Below, piece after piece: positions 51,597-62,722 of a DNA stretch of 64,000 bases; the first letter of the stretch is position 1, and each line of letters begins with the position of its first letter. This stretch comes from Coleofasciculus sp. B1-GNL1-01 (GTDB taxonomy: Bacteria > Cyanobacteriota > Cyanobacteriia > Cyanobacteriales > Coleofasciculaceae), in assembly GCA_040220235.1 (NCBI GenBank), contig JAVJTO010000096.1. One strand, given 5' to 3'. The position numbers and the translations under genes are program-made. Under the pieces are notes generated by a model. That model did no database searches and was not told where the DNA came from. It saw nothing but the letters and a program-made list of their open reading frames with translations.

Positions 51597-53558
51597 TCAT
51601 CCTTCAACCTTCGCCTCTTTTTCACCCTTCGGTTTATTGGCAATTTCTTTAACCACTTTCTCTTCCACAGGCTCAGAAATCGGAATCTCCTCAACCTCTG
51701 GCAACTTTTCTACCGCCAGCCGGGAGGACGAACTGCCACCGGATAAGCGTTTCAAGAGTTTAGGTCTGGGATCATGCAGCAGATAAATAATTTGATCGCC
51801 AGCTTGCCAAGTTTCATTAGCGCTAGCCACTTGTAAACTGGCTTGCCGTTCGATTAATAAGGGAACCAGTTCTCCCGCCCGAATCAACGCTTGTAAATGC
51901 GCTCGCTGAAAAGCTAATCCCGACTCTTTTAACGTGGTTGTACCTAACTTGACTTGTCCCTCGACAATATATTTGTTCCACGTCTTAATCGGTAGTTGCG
52001 GCACAAAGGCTTGATGAATTTTGGTTTTATTATTTGAGGCATTGCCTTGGGGATCACGAGGAAATACAGCAACCACTCGCGGTGGAGTAAACTCTTCCAC
52101 GGCGCGTTGCCCTAAGACGAGGTTCACTTCCCCATTATTGGTCATTGCCAGAAATGTACCCACCGATTCAATCCCAGCTTCTTCTAAAACCTCAACATCT
52201 AAACCACTGCTTTGAAACACCCGCAGATTTTCTTCCTCGGCTTTTTGGCAGGCTTCGGGATCAGTGTCGATGAGGACAACATCTTCTCCCTGTTCTTGAA
52301 ACAAACGCGCAATCAGACGACTCAAAGGATTACAGCCCACAATCACCGCACCCGTTGCCTTTTCCTGGGGATTCAGTTGTAGCCATTGGGCAACCCAACG
52401 CGCCGTTAACCCTTGTAAAAATACCGTCAGCATAATCGTTAGGAAGACCAGGGCTTTAATCGAATCTCCCCCATTAATCCCGCGTTCGGTTAAGAGAATC
52501 GCAAATAAGGAGGCAACGGAAGCACTGACAATTCCTTTGGGCGCAATCCAGGATAAAAAGATTTTTTGTCGCCAATTTAAGCCGCTATTCCAGGTACATA
52601 AGCTGACACTCACGGGGCGCACCAGCGTCATTAATGCCAAAACCGTGAAGACACTGCCCCAGCCTAAGGCGAAAACACTGTCAATGGACAAATCGGCGGA
52701 GAGGAGAACGAAGAGTACGGACACCCCCAGCACGGTTAATTGTCCTTTAAACCGTCGTAACAGCCGTTCTTCTGGTAGAGAAGATGCGCCGACGACGATT
52801 CCGGCGACGACAGTTGCCATTAATCCGGATTCGGAGCGAATCGTTTGTGCCAAGCCAAATAAGCCTAACATCCCAGCTAACACAACCAGGTTTTTCAGGT
52901 CTTCTGAAAGAAAATCGGCTCGTTTGAGAAATAAACCCAGCAGCCAGCCACCAATACCGCCAATCACACCACCAATACTCAGGCGTAACCCTAGACCGAC
53001 AATGGCAGCAGAGGCTCCCGCCTCGCTGTTGAGAATGGTATCCAGGACGACAACGGATAGAATCGCCCCCACGGGGTCAATTAATACCCCTTCTCCTTCT
53101 AAAAGGGCGGCAACTCGTCGGTCTACTTTCACTTGTTTGAGCAGTGGACCAATCACCGTCGGACCCGTCACCACCACGAGAGCCGCATAGAGAAAGGCAA
53201 TCGACCAGGGAAATTCTCCTAACCAATGGGCAGCCATTCCACCGCCTAGCAGGGTAATCAGTGTTCCCAGGGTGACGAGGTTTCTCAGAGAACCGGATAC
53301 TTTGCCTAAGTCGCGTAGGTTGAGATTCAGTCCTCCCTCAAACAGAATCACGGCTACGGATAAGGCAACAATGACTTCCAGACCCACTCCCAGTTCTTGG
53401 GGGTGTAATAACCCTAAACCATCGGAGCCGAGGGCAACGCCGAAGATCAGCAGAAAGACGATGCTAGGGACTTTTAGGTATTCGGCAATCACCTGAGCGC
53501 TGATTCCAGCACAGACAGCGATGACCATTTGTAGGGTTAATTCAAAAGATCCTTCCAT
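51597..53558 (-). CDS. CPA1 cation:proton antiporter with a TrkA-N domain
   Basis: ILFEGGL, VTGPTV, EGVLIDP, PKGIVSAS; C-terminal VIVGC Rossmann-like domain. Confidence 0.9.
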   Translation of the reverse strand: MEGSFELTLQMVIAVCAGISAQVIAEYLKVPSIVFLLIFGVALGSDGLGLLHPQELGVGLEVIVALSVAVILFEGGLNLNLRDLGKVSGSLRNLVTLGTLITLLGGGMAAHWLGEFPWSIAFLYAALVVVTGPTVIGPLLKQVKVDRRVAALLEGEGVLIDPVGAILSVVVLDTILNSEAGASAAIVGLGLRLSIGGVIGGIGGWLLGLFLKRADFLSEDLKNLVVLAGMLGLFGLAQTIRSESGLMATVVAGIVVGASSLPEERLLRRFKGQLTVLGVSVLFVLLSADLSIDSVFALGWGSVFTVLALMTLVRPVSVSLCTWNSGLNWRQKIFLSWIAPKGIVSASVASLFAILLTERGINGGDSIKALVFLTIMLTVFLQGLTARWVAQWLQLNPQEKATGAVIVGCNPLSRLIARLFQEQGEDVVLIDTDPEACQKAEEENLRVFQSSGLDVEVLEEAGIESVGTFLAMTNNGEVNLVLGQRAVEEFTPPRVVAVFPRDPQGNASNNKTKIHQAFVPQLPIKTWNKYIVEGQVKLGTTTLKESGLAFQRAHLQALIRAGELVPLLIERQASLQVASANETWQAGDQIIYLLHDPRPKLLKRLSGGSSSSRLAVEKLPEVEEIPISEPVEEKVVKEIANKPKGEKEAKVEG

Positions 53559-54003
53559 AGGTATGCTTGTCGCAGGTGATCGATTAAGTTCTAGATGCCT
53601 GATGATTGGCTCTATTTAGCAAAATGAGCAAGTTGAGTTGATAAAGCCTAACTATATTACTGTGAATAAGCGGCAGGAGTGATTCGGTTAACCCCAAGGG
53701 TGTGACGCTAACGTTGATCCTAACGCGGCTACGTCTATCTATCTATAAGCAAGTCAGTTTTTGCTAGACTTGTCGCTCTGAAGCAGGTTTAGCTGACTTA
53801 ATCCCGACGATAGTTATTCCTAAAGTTACACTGATCGAGGTAGTCAGAGTTTTTTATTTTTAACTGAAAAGTCATAATTGAAAAGTCACCGTTTGATTAG
53901 GTCGCGCCACGGGTTGAGTCACGGTGAAGGCAATGGCAACCTGTTGGATGGCAGCAAGGTGAACGACTGGCGACCAGCAGCACTCTAACTTGTTCGTTTA
54001 AAG

Positions 54004-55332
54004 ATGAATCGTCAAACATTTATTTCGGGACGCTCAGAGAGTCGAATTCGCAAAACTCAACGTTGGATTGAGCGGATGTGGATGTTCGGCTTACTCTTAG
54101 CCGCTTTGCTCTTATTTTGCCTAAATCTGGATAGCCCACCTCTGTTAAATGGGGGTGAACAAACGATCAATCAGGTCGCTGGTGAATTAACTACCACGCC
54201 TTTGGCATCTTGGCAATGGTTTTATCCAACGTTTGGGGACAAATCCTATGTTGAAGATCCACCCTTACTATATTGGCTAATTGCTTTGGCTTATAAGACA
54301 GGGAATGATAATACCTTGATCACCCGCTTACCGACTGCCCTTCTGAGCGCTCTGTCTGTTCCCCTTTTCTATGGAATCGGTCGAGAAATTTTCCCCTCTC
54401 GTCAAAATGCGCTTTTTTCGAGCTTCATTTATTTAACTGTATTCCCTGTGGTGCAGTATGGACGTCTCGCGATCGCAGATAGTGCAGTGTTATTCTTTGT
54501 GATGCTAATGATGCTATGTCTGTTGCGATCGCGTCGTGATTTGCGTTGGTCATTGGTAGCCGGTATTGGATTCGCTTTAATTGGTCTGACTCAGGGAATT
54601 GGATTCGGATTGCTTTTGCTGGCAATCGGTTTGATTTTTATTGCCTGGGATACGCCGAGACTGCTCAGATCTGGCTATTGGTGGTTGGGTTGGATATTAG
54701 GTATCATCCCCGGATTGGTTTGGTATACTCTACCCTGGCTTGAGGGTCAAGCATTTCTCACTGCCAATCTGATCCAAGAATCTTTACAACCCTTTTGGCA
54801 TTCTGTCAAGATTCCCAGGACTCTTACTGGCTATTACGATTACCTAGTGGAGTTCTTAAAATTCTCGGTTCCCTGGTTACTCTTTGCGTCTTATGGATTA
54901 GGGTTGGCGTGGACTCATCGCAATTGGGGTTGGGCAAAATTCGTATTGGTTTGGACGGGTGTTTATGGGGGAGCCGTTTGTCTAATCGGGTCTCCCTTAT
55001 CGGCGTATAGTTTACCAATCTACCCCGCTTTAGCCCTAGCAGGTGGCGCTCAACTTGCTGCCGTGTGGAATTCGCCCCGCTCTCAATCCTATCCGCGTCT
55101 CTGGGTTTTTGGATTGAGTCTCATGTCTTTAGGGGCAATCGCCGCTACTGTTTATTTCCTACTAGAAGCCTCTGGAAGCCTTTTACCTGTCGTTTCTAGT
55201 TCCGTCGCCTTAACCTTCGCGATCGCGGCTATCCTCGTGGCTCGACGCGACATTCAATTTATTTTCATCTTGTTTTGGGGGATGTATGTGTCTCTGTTAT
55301 TGTTGATGACCTCTCCCCATTGGATTAACTAG
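54004..55332 (+). CDS. ArnT/GT39-like polytopic membrane glycosyltransferase, divergent
   Basis: PPLLYWLIA, RLPTA, GRLAIAD, LPIYPALAL; many TM helices. Confidence 0.8.
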   Translation: MNRQTFISGRSESRIRKTQRWIERMWMFGLLLAALLLFCLNLDSPPLLNGGEQTINQVAGELTTTPLASWQWFYPTFGDKSYVEDPPLLYWLIALAYKTGNDNTLITRLPTALLSALSVPLFYGIGREIFPSRQNALFSSFIYLTVFPVVQYGRLAIADSAVLFFVMLMMLCLLRSRRDLRWSLVAGIGFALIGLTQGIGFGLLLLAIGLIFIAWDTPRLLRSGYWWLGWILGIIPGLVWYTLPWLEGQAFLTANLIQESLQPFWHSVKIPRTLTGYYDYLVEFLKFSVPWLLFASYGLGLAWTHRNWGWAKFVLVWTGVYGGAVCLIGSPLSAYSLPIYPALALAGGAQLAAVWNSPRSQSYPRLWVFGLSLMSLGAIAATVYFLLEASGSLLPVVSSSVALTFAIAAILVARRDIQFIFILFWGMYVSLLLLMTSPHWIN

Positions 55333-55380
55333 AATGCCTAGTGCTATATCTTAGCCATTTCAATGAATAGCACGATGTAT

Positions 55381-55420
55381 CCCCCGCTAAATCTTCTGGA
55401 TTATAACGGGGGTCTTTTTT
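55381..55420 (+). terminator. Probable intrinsic terminator
   Basis: CCCCCG...CGGGGG stem followed by TCTTTTTT. Confidence 0.55.
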
Positions 55421-55567
55421 GCCAACTCCAATAAAAATCCTATCGCCCAACCTGATGGTTGGGACGCGGACTTATCCGTTGTTGCTATGTGACTCAAGGC
55501 AATTGAAATGCTGGTAAACAGTCAGCCTCTTTAGGCTTTTAGCTTTTCCTTAGCTATCGCCTGAGTC

Positions 55568-55972
55568 TTACTCATCAATTTCCTCTTCTGCGCCAAGTTG
55601 CTTGAGATGAATGTGCTTACGACCTAAGGTGATTTCAAATTCATCCCCAGGTTGTAAACCCATCTGTTTCGTATAAGCAGAACCAATAAGCAGATTACCG
55701 TTAGATTGCACAGAGATGCGATAGCTCGCACTCCTACCCCCGCGTCCATTGCCATTGGCTTTGCTATCTAATTCAATACCCTCAGCGTCAATCAGCGCAT
55801 TCAGGAATTTCATCATATTGACGCGCTCTACATCGTTTTTAGTTACGGTGTAGTAGCCACAGGCTCTAGCTTTTTCTTCTTTGCTGAGGTTACCTAGCTC
55901 TCTAACTTTCTCAAGCAGTGCTTGACCCTCTAAGGGTTCCATCTTGGACTCCATTTTTTTCTTTTTAGCCAT
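55568..55972 (-). CDS. Cyanobacterial AbrB-like regulator (cyAbrB)
   Basis: ACGYY, GRSASYRISVQSNGNLLIG.AYT, GDEFEITLGRKHIHL; ATG at 55972 preferred over 56047. Confidence 0.92.
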   Translation of the reverse strand: MAKKKKMESKMEPLEGQALLEKVRELGNLSKEEKARACGYYTVTKNDVERVNMMKFLNALIDAEGIELDSKANGNGRGGRSASYRISVQSNGNLLIGSAYTKQMGLQPGDEFEITLGRKHIHLKQLGAEEEIDE

Positions 55973-56431
55973 CAACTTGAATCTAAACCTAAACAGTGAG
56001 GTCTCAGGTAGCGATTTCGCTATACTGATACATAACCAAGATAACAAAATCTTGGTCTTATATCATCCTCTATAGAACTATATTACACGGATACTGTCAA
56101 CATAGTTGCTTATATTTGTTGAATTTATCTGTTTAACAAATCAACCGCCGACTGGAGAACGTGTCAGCAATGGATACGGAGTGATAAGGTGAGGCGTTTC
56201 CAGTTGATCGAGTCAGCAACAAAAACCAATGATGTGTAAAACTCAGGATTGATGGGAGGCGTTATCAGGCTTCAGGAAAAACCCACCTGGTTATAGTTGA
56301 CAGTACAACCTTCCGGGGACGTCAATAAAAAAAAACCGTTCAACTCTTAACCCTGTACAACCCAACCTGAAACTGGCTGAATTAGACTCCAGCTTCAAAC
56401 CAACTCCAAGCTAGGAGAGATTACAATCCCT

Positions 56432-56875
56432 ATGAAGTTGACAACTCGCGGACATTATAGTGTTAAAGCGCTCCTTGATCTCAGCCTACAGCCCGGTTAT
56501 GGACCAACATCCGTTAAAATGATTGCCCAGCGCCAAGATCTACCCGCACCCTATTTAGAGAAACTACTGATTGAAATGCGTCGTGCTAATTTAGTGAATT
56601 CAGTACGGGGTTCTCAAGGTGGCTATCAATTAGCTCGCAAACCTTCAAAAATTTCTCTGGGTCAGATTTTAGAAGCCGTTGGTGAAACAATCGAACCGTT
56701 ACACCACCACCAGGCAGATGCCACTCAAGCTGAAGACTGGGTAACTTTAACCTTGTGGCATCGACTGCATGAAAAACTCAAAGATGCCCTATATAGCATA
56801 ACCCTTGCCGATCTTTACTATGATGCTCGAAGTTGGCAAGCGGCTCAAGGAGAACAAACCAGTTTTGTGATTTAA
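56432..56875 (+). CDS. Rrf2-family transcriptional regulator (no Cys)
   Basis: MKLTTRGHY, YLEKL, SVRGSQGGY.LA. Confidence 0.92.
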   Translation: MKLTTRGHYSVKALLDLSLQPGYGPTSVKMIAQRQDLPAPYLEKLLIEMRRANLVNSVRGSQGGYQLARKPSKISLGQILEAVGETIEPLHHHQADATQAEDWVTLTLWHRLHEKLKDALYSITLADLYYDARSWQAAQGEQTSFVI

Positions 56876-56893
56876 TAGAGGCTTTGATCGGGA

Positions 56894-57295
56894 ATGACCA
56901 GTATGAATCAACTGATTACCTATCAAGGGGGCTGTCACTGTGGTTCTGTCCGTTTCCGTGTGACAGTTGACCAGCACGAGGCAATCGATTGCAATTGTTC
57001 AATTTGTCGCAAAAAAGGCTTCATCCACCTAATTGTACCCCCGGAACGGTTTACTCTATTGAGTGGGGCTGACGTTTTAACAACGTATACGTTTAATACC
57101 CATACCGCTAAACATACATTCTGCCGTATTTGTGGGATTCACCCCTTTTATCGTCCCCGTTCTCATCCCCAGTCGATTGATGTTAACCTGCGTTGTCTCG
57201 ATGATGATGTCCTGTCTCGATTTGCCAGAGTGCCGTTTGATGGTGCGAATTGGGAAGATAATATAGATACGCTCAAAGGCAACAAGATTGACTAG
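56894..57295 (+). CDS. GFA/CENP-V family protein
   Basis: GGCHCG, CNCSIC, FCRICG. Confidence 0.9.
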   Translation: MTSMNQLITYQGGCHCGSVRFRVTVDQHEAIDCNCSICRKKGFIHLIVPPERFTLLSGADVLTTYTFNTHTAKHTFCRICGIHPFYRPRSHPQSIDVNLRCLDDDVLSRFARVPFDGANWEDNIDTLKGNKID

Positions 57296-58298
57296 AAGTG
57301 TCATTGTTTTGTTACTTGCCGCCAGTCTAGATTACTGGATAGGTGATCCTTGGGGTTGGCTTCATCCCGTCCAAGTCATGGGTTGGCTGATTTCTCACTT
57401 TAGCCAATGGATAATTCACAATCTTTATCGTCCATGGGAACGCCGCCTCGCCGGAATTGGATTGGGGTTAGGATTAATTATCGGTAGTGGTATGGCAGGC
57501 TGGTTCATCGTGTTGGCAGCAAACTGGCTTCATCCTTGGGTAGGGATTGGGGTTGAAAGTATTCTGCTAGCAAGCTGTTTTGCGGGTCGCAGTTTACGAA
57601 ACGCGGCTGATGATGTGGTACAACCGCTAACTGATGAAGAGTTAGAGCAAGCGCGTTCTCGTTTGCGTCAATATGTGGGTCGAGATACAGAAAAATTGAC
57701 AGCGCCGGAAATGTTTCGGGCGGTTCTAGAGACTATCGCCGAAAATGCTACGGATGGTGTTACAGCGCCCTTATTTTATGCTATTATTGGCGCGTTTTTT
57801 CCGATAGTGGGTAGCGTTCCCTTGGCTTTAGCCTATAAAGCGGCTAGCACTCTCGATTCAATGATTGGTTATCGACGCGAACCTTATACAGATTTAGGGT
57901 GGTTCAGTGCTAAACTTGAGGATTACTTAACCTGGCTACCCTGTCGGTTCACGGTAATAACCTTAGCGCTTTTGTCAGGAAAACCTCAAAAAGTATGGAG
58001 TTTATGCTACCGAGATGCAACCAGCGATCCTAGTCCCAATTCCGGTTGGAGTGAATGCGCTTATGCTGCTATTCTGGGCGTACAACTTGGGGGAACCAAC
58101 TGGTATCAGGGAGTTGCCAAATATAAACCCCTTTTAGGTGATCCGGTTGATCCAATTACACCGACCAAAATTGACCAAGGGTTACAGTTGACCCGATACT
58201 GCTGTTTGATTTGGCTGGTTATCGCGATCGCCATACTGGAGTCTTCTCATTTATTCCCATCCTTATATATATGGCATCAAAACTCGATTCTCCACTAG
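57288..58298 (+). CDS. cbiB: Adenosylcobinamide-phosphate synthase
   Basis: GDP..HPV, VGRDT, ENATDG, LDSMIGY, SPNSG. Confidence 0.93.
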   Translation: MTRSVIVLLLAASLDYWIGDPWGWLHPVQVMGWLISHFSQWIIHNLYRPWERRLAGIGLGLGLIIGSGMAGWFIVLAANWLHPWVGIGVESILLASCFAGRSLRNAADDVVQPLTDEELEQARSRLRQYVGRDTEKLTAPEMFRAVLETIAENATDGVTAPLFYAIIGAFFPIVGSVPLALAYKAASTLDSMIGYRREPYTDLGWFSAKLEDYLTWLPCRFTVITLALLSGKPQKVWSLCYRDATSDPSPNSGWSECAYAAILGVQLGGTNWYQGVAKYKPLLGDPVDPITPTKIDQGLQLTRYCCLIWLVIAIAILESSHLFPSLYIWHQNSILH

Positions 58299-58488
58299 CG
58301 CAGCGAAGGGTCATACCTCAAAACCCCAAACTTAAACAAAGGGCGGGTTTTGCAACCAAATTAGGAAAGACAATTTACATTAGTCCCTCAACCCGCCCCT
58401 ACTCCAAACTATATGCCGTGAACTCTAGACAATATCCCTAATTCTCTCCCCTAGTCCTATCCCATCCGCCATCAAACCACCAACGAGA

Positions 58489-59028
58489 ATGCCAACTCAA
58501 ACTATTGAAATTCTCTCCCCTGAAGAACTGCGCCGCACTGTCACTCGTTTGGCATCTGAGGTGATTGAACGTGCCGGAGATGTGTCTAAACTTGTGCTTT
58601 TAGGCATTTATACTCGCGGAGTTCCCCTCGCCAAGCTGCTAGGACGGCAAATTGAAATGTTAGAACAGGAATCGGTAGCCGTGGGCGCGATCGATATTAC
58701 CTTCTACCGCGATGATTTGGATCAGATTGGCGTCCGTACCCCAGCGAAAACCGAGATTTCCTGTGATCTTTCGGGCAAAATTGTGGTATTGGTCGATGAT
58801 GTTATCTTTAGTGGGCGCACAATTCGCGCCGCCCTCAATGCGGTGAATGAATACGGTAGACCTGAAGTGATTCAGTTATTAGTTCTGGTCGATCGCGGAC
58901 ATCGTGAGTTACCGATATGTCCCGACTTTACAGGCAAACAGCTACCTACCTCTAGAGACGAACAAGTTAAGGTTTACTTGCAAGATTTTGATGGACGAGA
59001 TGCTGTGGAGTTAATCAAAGTCTTTTAG
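58489..59028 (+). CDS. pyrR: PyrR bifunctional regulator/uracil phosphoribosyltransferase
   Basis: [32 protein letters not shown]. Confidence 0.95.
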   Translation: MPTQTIEILSPEELRRTVTRLASEVIERAGDVSKLVLLGIYTRGVPLAKLLGRQIEMLEQESVAVGAIDITFYRDDLDQIGVRTPAKTEISCDLSGKIVVLVDDVIFSGRTIRAALNAVNEYGRPEVIQLLVLVDRGHRELPICPDFTGKQLPTSRDEQVKVYLQDFDGRDAVELIKVF

Positions 59029-59095
59029 TATATCGTTGGCTGAACCCTGCTGCAAACTCTCCTACCCTCCTACCCTGTTCTCATTTTCCAGCACG

Positions 59096-60124
59096 ATGAC
59101 AGAAACCCAAACGCGCAAAGCCGATCACATCAGAATTTGTCTCAATGAAGATGTGCAGTTTAATCAAATCACCAATGGATTAGAACGTTATCGGTTTACC
59201 CACTGTTGTTTACCGGAAATCAACCGCGATGAAATTGATATCTCTACCGGGTTTCTGGGTAAAACCTTAGGCGCACCCTTGCTAATATCCTCTATGACTG
59301 GGGGAACCCAACAGGCGCAAACGATTAATTTTCGTCTGGCTGAAGTCGCCCAAACGTATCAATTAGCCATGGGTGTAGGTTCCCAGCGAGTCGCGGTGGA
59401 GAATCCACAAGTGGCGGATACCTTTGCCGTGCGATCGCTTGCACCGGATATTCTATTATTGGCGAATTTGGGTGCGGTTCAACTGAACTACAGTTACGGC
59501 TTGGATGAATGCTTGCGCGTGGTGGAACTGTTAGCCGCCGATGCCTTAATTTTGCATCTCAATCCTTTACAGGAATGTATTCAAACGAATGGGGATACCA
59601 ATTTTCGCGGCTTGCTTGACAAAATACACAAATTGTGCTGCAAGCTGCCTGTACCTGTGATTGCCAAAGAAGTCGGCAATGGCATCTCAGCCCCCATGAC
59701 ACAGAAACTACTTGATGCGGGTGTTAGCGCCATTGATGTTGCGGGTGCAGGGGGAACGTCTTGGGCAAAAGTTGAAAGTGAACGGGCATTAAATCTCAAG
59801 CAACGTCGCTTAGGACAAACCTTTGCCGACTGGGGATTACCCACAGCCGATTGTATCACCAGTATTCGAGACATTGCCCCTGATGTTCCCCTAATCGCTT
59901 CCGGTGGATTACGCAATGGGTTAGAGGTTGCCAAAGCGATCGCGCTGGGTGCGGATTTAGCTGGATTAGCCTTTCCCTTTCTCCAAGCCGCATCAGAGTC
60001 TACAGAGGCGGTGGATGAACTCGTGGAGTTATTAATCGCGGAAATAACCACGGTACTCTTTTGTACAGGAAATGCCAATCTGCCTCAACTCAGGCAATCT
60101 GACGCCTTAAAGAAGTTAGGATGA
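59096..60124 (+). CDS. fni: Type 2 isopentenyl-diphosphate isomerase
   Basis: RKADHI, MTGG, GSQR, HLNPLQE, KEVGNG, GGTSW; ATG 59096 preferred. Confidence 0.95.
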   Translation: MTETQTRKADHIRICLNEDVQFNQITNGLERYRFTHCCLPEINRDEIDISTGFLGKTLGAPLLISSMTGGTQQAQTINFRLAEVAQTYQLAMGVGSQRVAVENPQVADTFAVRSLAPDILLLANLGAVQLNYSYGLDECLRVVELLAADALILHLNPLQECIQTNGDTNFRGLLDKIHKLCCKLPVPVIAKEVGNGISAPMTQKLLDAGVSAIDVAGAGGTSWAKVESERALNLKQRRLGQTFADWGLPTADCITSIRDIAPDVPLIASGGLRNGLEVAKAIALGADLAGLAFPFLQAASESTEAVDELVELLIAEITTVLFCTGNANLPQLRQSDALKKLG

Positions 60125-60438
60125 ATGTTTGTAGTTGCGCTTTAGCGCCAGAAGCACTTTAGCGCTTACTACAAACTCTAAAGTCAGTGATATTCAAGTT
60201 AGGATAGAGGCAGTTGTCCGTCAAGCTGGCTATAGTTTCTTGGTCTGACACCCAGCGCTGGTTAATACAAGCCGATACAGGACAGCTTATAACGGAGCAA
60301 CACCCGACTCTAGTCAAACCACTCATCAGGAAAGTCAAATCCCAGTTAAACTCTTATCTTAAATCAATTGAAAACGTTTCGGACAACAACTAAACATAAA
60401 CAACAGATAACGAATAACTCATAACGGATAACCCGAAA

Positions 60439-62253
60439 ATGCGTAAATTTATTACCCAAACCTTTGCCAGTGTACTGGGTAGCCTAATCGGTTTTACCTT
60501 GTTTTTTGGCATCAGTACAGTTGGACTCATCAGTTTAATTATCACAGCCGCATCCAGAGATACTGGACCCCAAGTCAAAGATAAATCGGTACTGGTTTTT
60601 GATTTATCCTTAACGGTTCGGGATACCGATCCGACATCTAGCACCAGTCGAGCGATTGAAGAAGCACTATCTGGAGAAGAAACCGACACGATTACATTAC
60701 GCACGGTTGTCGATACCTTAAACGCGGCGGCTGAGGATTCCCGAATTGTGGCGCTTTACCTCGATGGATCACAGACAAGCACCAGTAGTGGTACAGGATT
60801 TGCCACGCTGAAAGAAGTCCGAGAAGCATTAGAACGGTTCAAAGAAAGCGGCAAAAAAATTATCGCCTACGATGTCGATTCTGGGGAGGGAGAATATTAT
60901 CTGAGTTCAATCGCCGATACAATTGTCCTCAATCCCATGGGTAGCCTGGAAATGAATGGTTTTAGTTCTCAGCCCATGTTTTTCACCGGGGCTTTAGAAA
61001 AATTTGGCATTGGGATTCAGGTGATTCGGGTAGGCAAATATAAGTCAGCCGTAGAACCCTTTGTTCTCAAAGAATTGAGTCAAGACAACCGAGAGCAGAT
61101 AAATGCGTTACTCGGAGATCTGTGGTCAGAATTTCGGACTACGGTAGGAAAAAGTCGTCAAGTAACACCTCAAGAGTTACAAGCGATCGCGGATACTCAA
61201 GGTATTGTCTTAGCATCGGATGCGATCGGGCGTCGCTTAGTCGATAAAGTGGGGTATTACGATGAAGTTATTGCCCAACTTCAGGAACTCACGGGTGAAA
61301 GTGAAACCGAGAAATCCTTTCGCAAGATTCGGATGTCTACTTATGCAGACATTGCCGATAAACCTAGACATCAACAGGCTTCTAAAAATAAAATTGCCGT
61401 CCTTTATGCCAGTGGTGAAATCGTCGATGGTGAAGGAAGTGTCCAAGAGGTGGGAGGGGAATCCTTTGCCGCACAAATGCGGAAATTGCGCCTTGATGAT
61501 TCAGTAAAAGCTGTTGTCTTACGAGTGAATAGTCCGGGGGGTAGTGCTACGGCGTCTGAGATTATTCAACGGGAAGTCAAACTTACTCGTGACTCCAAAC
61601 CTGTGATTATTTCCATGGGAGATATTGCTGCATCTGGGGGATATTGGATTTCCACTTATGGTAATCGGATTTTTGCCGAACCCAATACAGTGACGGGTTC
61701 AATTGGAGTGTTTGGACTACTGATGAATGTCCAGCAAATTGCCAACGAGAATGGGATTACTTGGGATGTGGTAAAAACGGGACGTTTGGCTGATTTGCAA
61801 ACCGTTTCTCGTCCCAAAACGCCGCAAGAGTTAGCCCTAATCCAAAACATTGTGAACCAAATTTACACTAAATTCCTGGATAAAGTTGCTGAGTCTCGCA
61901 AGCTACCCAAAGATAAAGTTGCCCAAATTGCTCAGGGGCGAGTTTGGTCGGGTATTGATGCTAAACAGTTGGGGTTAGTCGATGAAATTGGCGGACTCGA
62001 TGATGCGATTGAGTATGCCGTCAAAGAGGCAAATTTAGGTGAGGATTGGAAATTAGAAGAATATCCTCGTTTCCAAACCTTGGAAGAACGCCTGATTGAA
62101 GAGTTTGTCGGGAATGATAGTAAGACTACACGACAGCTTGATCCCTTAATGGCAGAGTTCATGAAATTGAAAGAGGATTTGGCAATGTTACAAGCGCTGA
62201 ATGATCCGAAAGGGATTTATGCGCGTCTACCGTTTAATTGGCGGTTTGATTGA
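60439..62253 (+). CDS. sppA: Signal peptide peptidase SppA (long form)
   Basis: GKYKSAVEP, NSPGGS, AASGGYW, TGSIGV, QGRVW. Confidence 0.95.
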   Translation: MRKFITQTFASVLGSLIGFTLFFGISTVGLISLIITAASRDTGPQVKDKSVLVFDLSLTVRDTDPTSSTSRAIEEALSGEETDTITLRTVVDTLNAAAEDSRIVALYLDGSQTSTSSGTGFATLKEVREALERFKESGKKIIAYDVDSGEGEYYLSSIADTIVLNPMGSLEMNGFSSQPMFFTGALEKFGIGIQVIRVGKYKSAVEPFVLKELSQDNREQINALLGDLWSEFRTTVGKSRQVTPQELQAIADTQGIVLASDAIGRRLVDKVGYYDEVIAQLQELTGESETEKSFRKIRMSTYADIADKPRHQQASKNKIAVLYASGEIVDGEGSVQEVGGESFAAQMRKLRLDDSVKAVVLRVNSPGGSATASEIIQREVKLTRDSKPVIISMGDIAASGGYWISTYGNRIFAEPNTVTGSIGVFGLLMNVQQIANENGITWDVVKTGRLADLQTVSRPKTPQELALIQNIVNQIYTKFLDKVAESRKLPKDKVAQIAQGRVWSGIDAKQLGLVDEIGGLDDAIEYAVKEANLGEDWKLEEYPRFQTLEERLIEEFVGNDSKTTRQLDPLMAEFMKLKEDLAMLQALNDPKGIYARLPFNWRFD

Positions 62254-62334
62254 GGAAATTAAAGTTCCCTCCCCTTAGCAAGGGGAGGGTTAGGGAGGGG
62301 TTCAAAGTAGTGTAGAGTTTTGATTATAGAGATA

Positions 62335-62487
62335 TAAGCTGTCAAGCATTTAAATTGGGTATTAGTAACGAGCAAGATGCTTGATGTAGGGAGCAAGATG
62401 CAAAGCCTGCGGCATGGCTTCGCTTAACGCACTACGGCAAGGATGAGAGCCATTATTGACATTAAAGTTTAAATGCCGAACACCTTA
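62335..62487. mobile_element. MITE family A, full copy (inverted relative to 11831)
   Basis: Reverse complement aligns with 11831-11982 along its length. Confidence 0.8.
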
Positions 62488-62531
62488 GCCGGCTACGCCT
62501 TAGTTTTAAGTTTGAATAGAAGGAGCCAACG

Positions 62532-62690
62532 ATGCAACTCGAAGACTATTTCAATATTCTCGCCCCCAATGATATTCGGCTTAAGGGTTCGCGTATTGGA
62601 ATTGAGACTATGGCTTTGACGAAGAACCTTGTGAAACGATGAGTTTTGTGGAAGCAGTAAAAGTCGCTGAGTCATTTTAATTTTTACAGC
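62532..62690 (+). pseudogene. Chimeric remnant: DUF433 5' end joined to a fragment of a lipoprotein paralogue
   Basis: AGGAG + MQLEDYFNILAPNDIRLKGSRIGIET, then 83 bp matching 63640-63722. Confidence 0.75.
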
Positions 62691-62722
62691 ATTAGAAGCG
62701 CTTTGAGGGAGTCAATAAAACC

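Noticed and set aside
52537..53190. 217-aa antisense ORF (and the other short antisense ORFs in the track)
   Set aside because: Shadows of well-supported genes on the opposite strand
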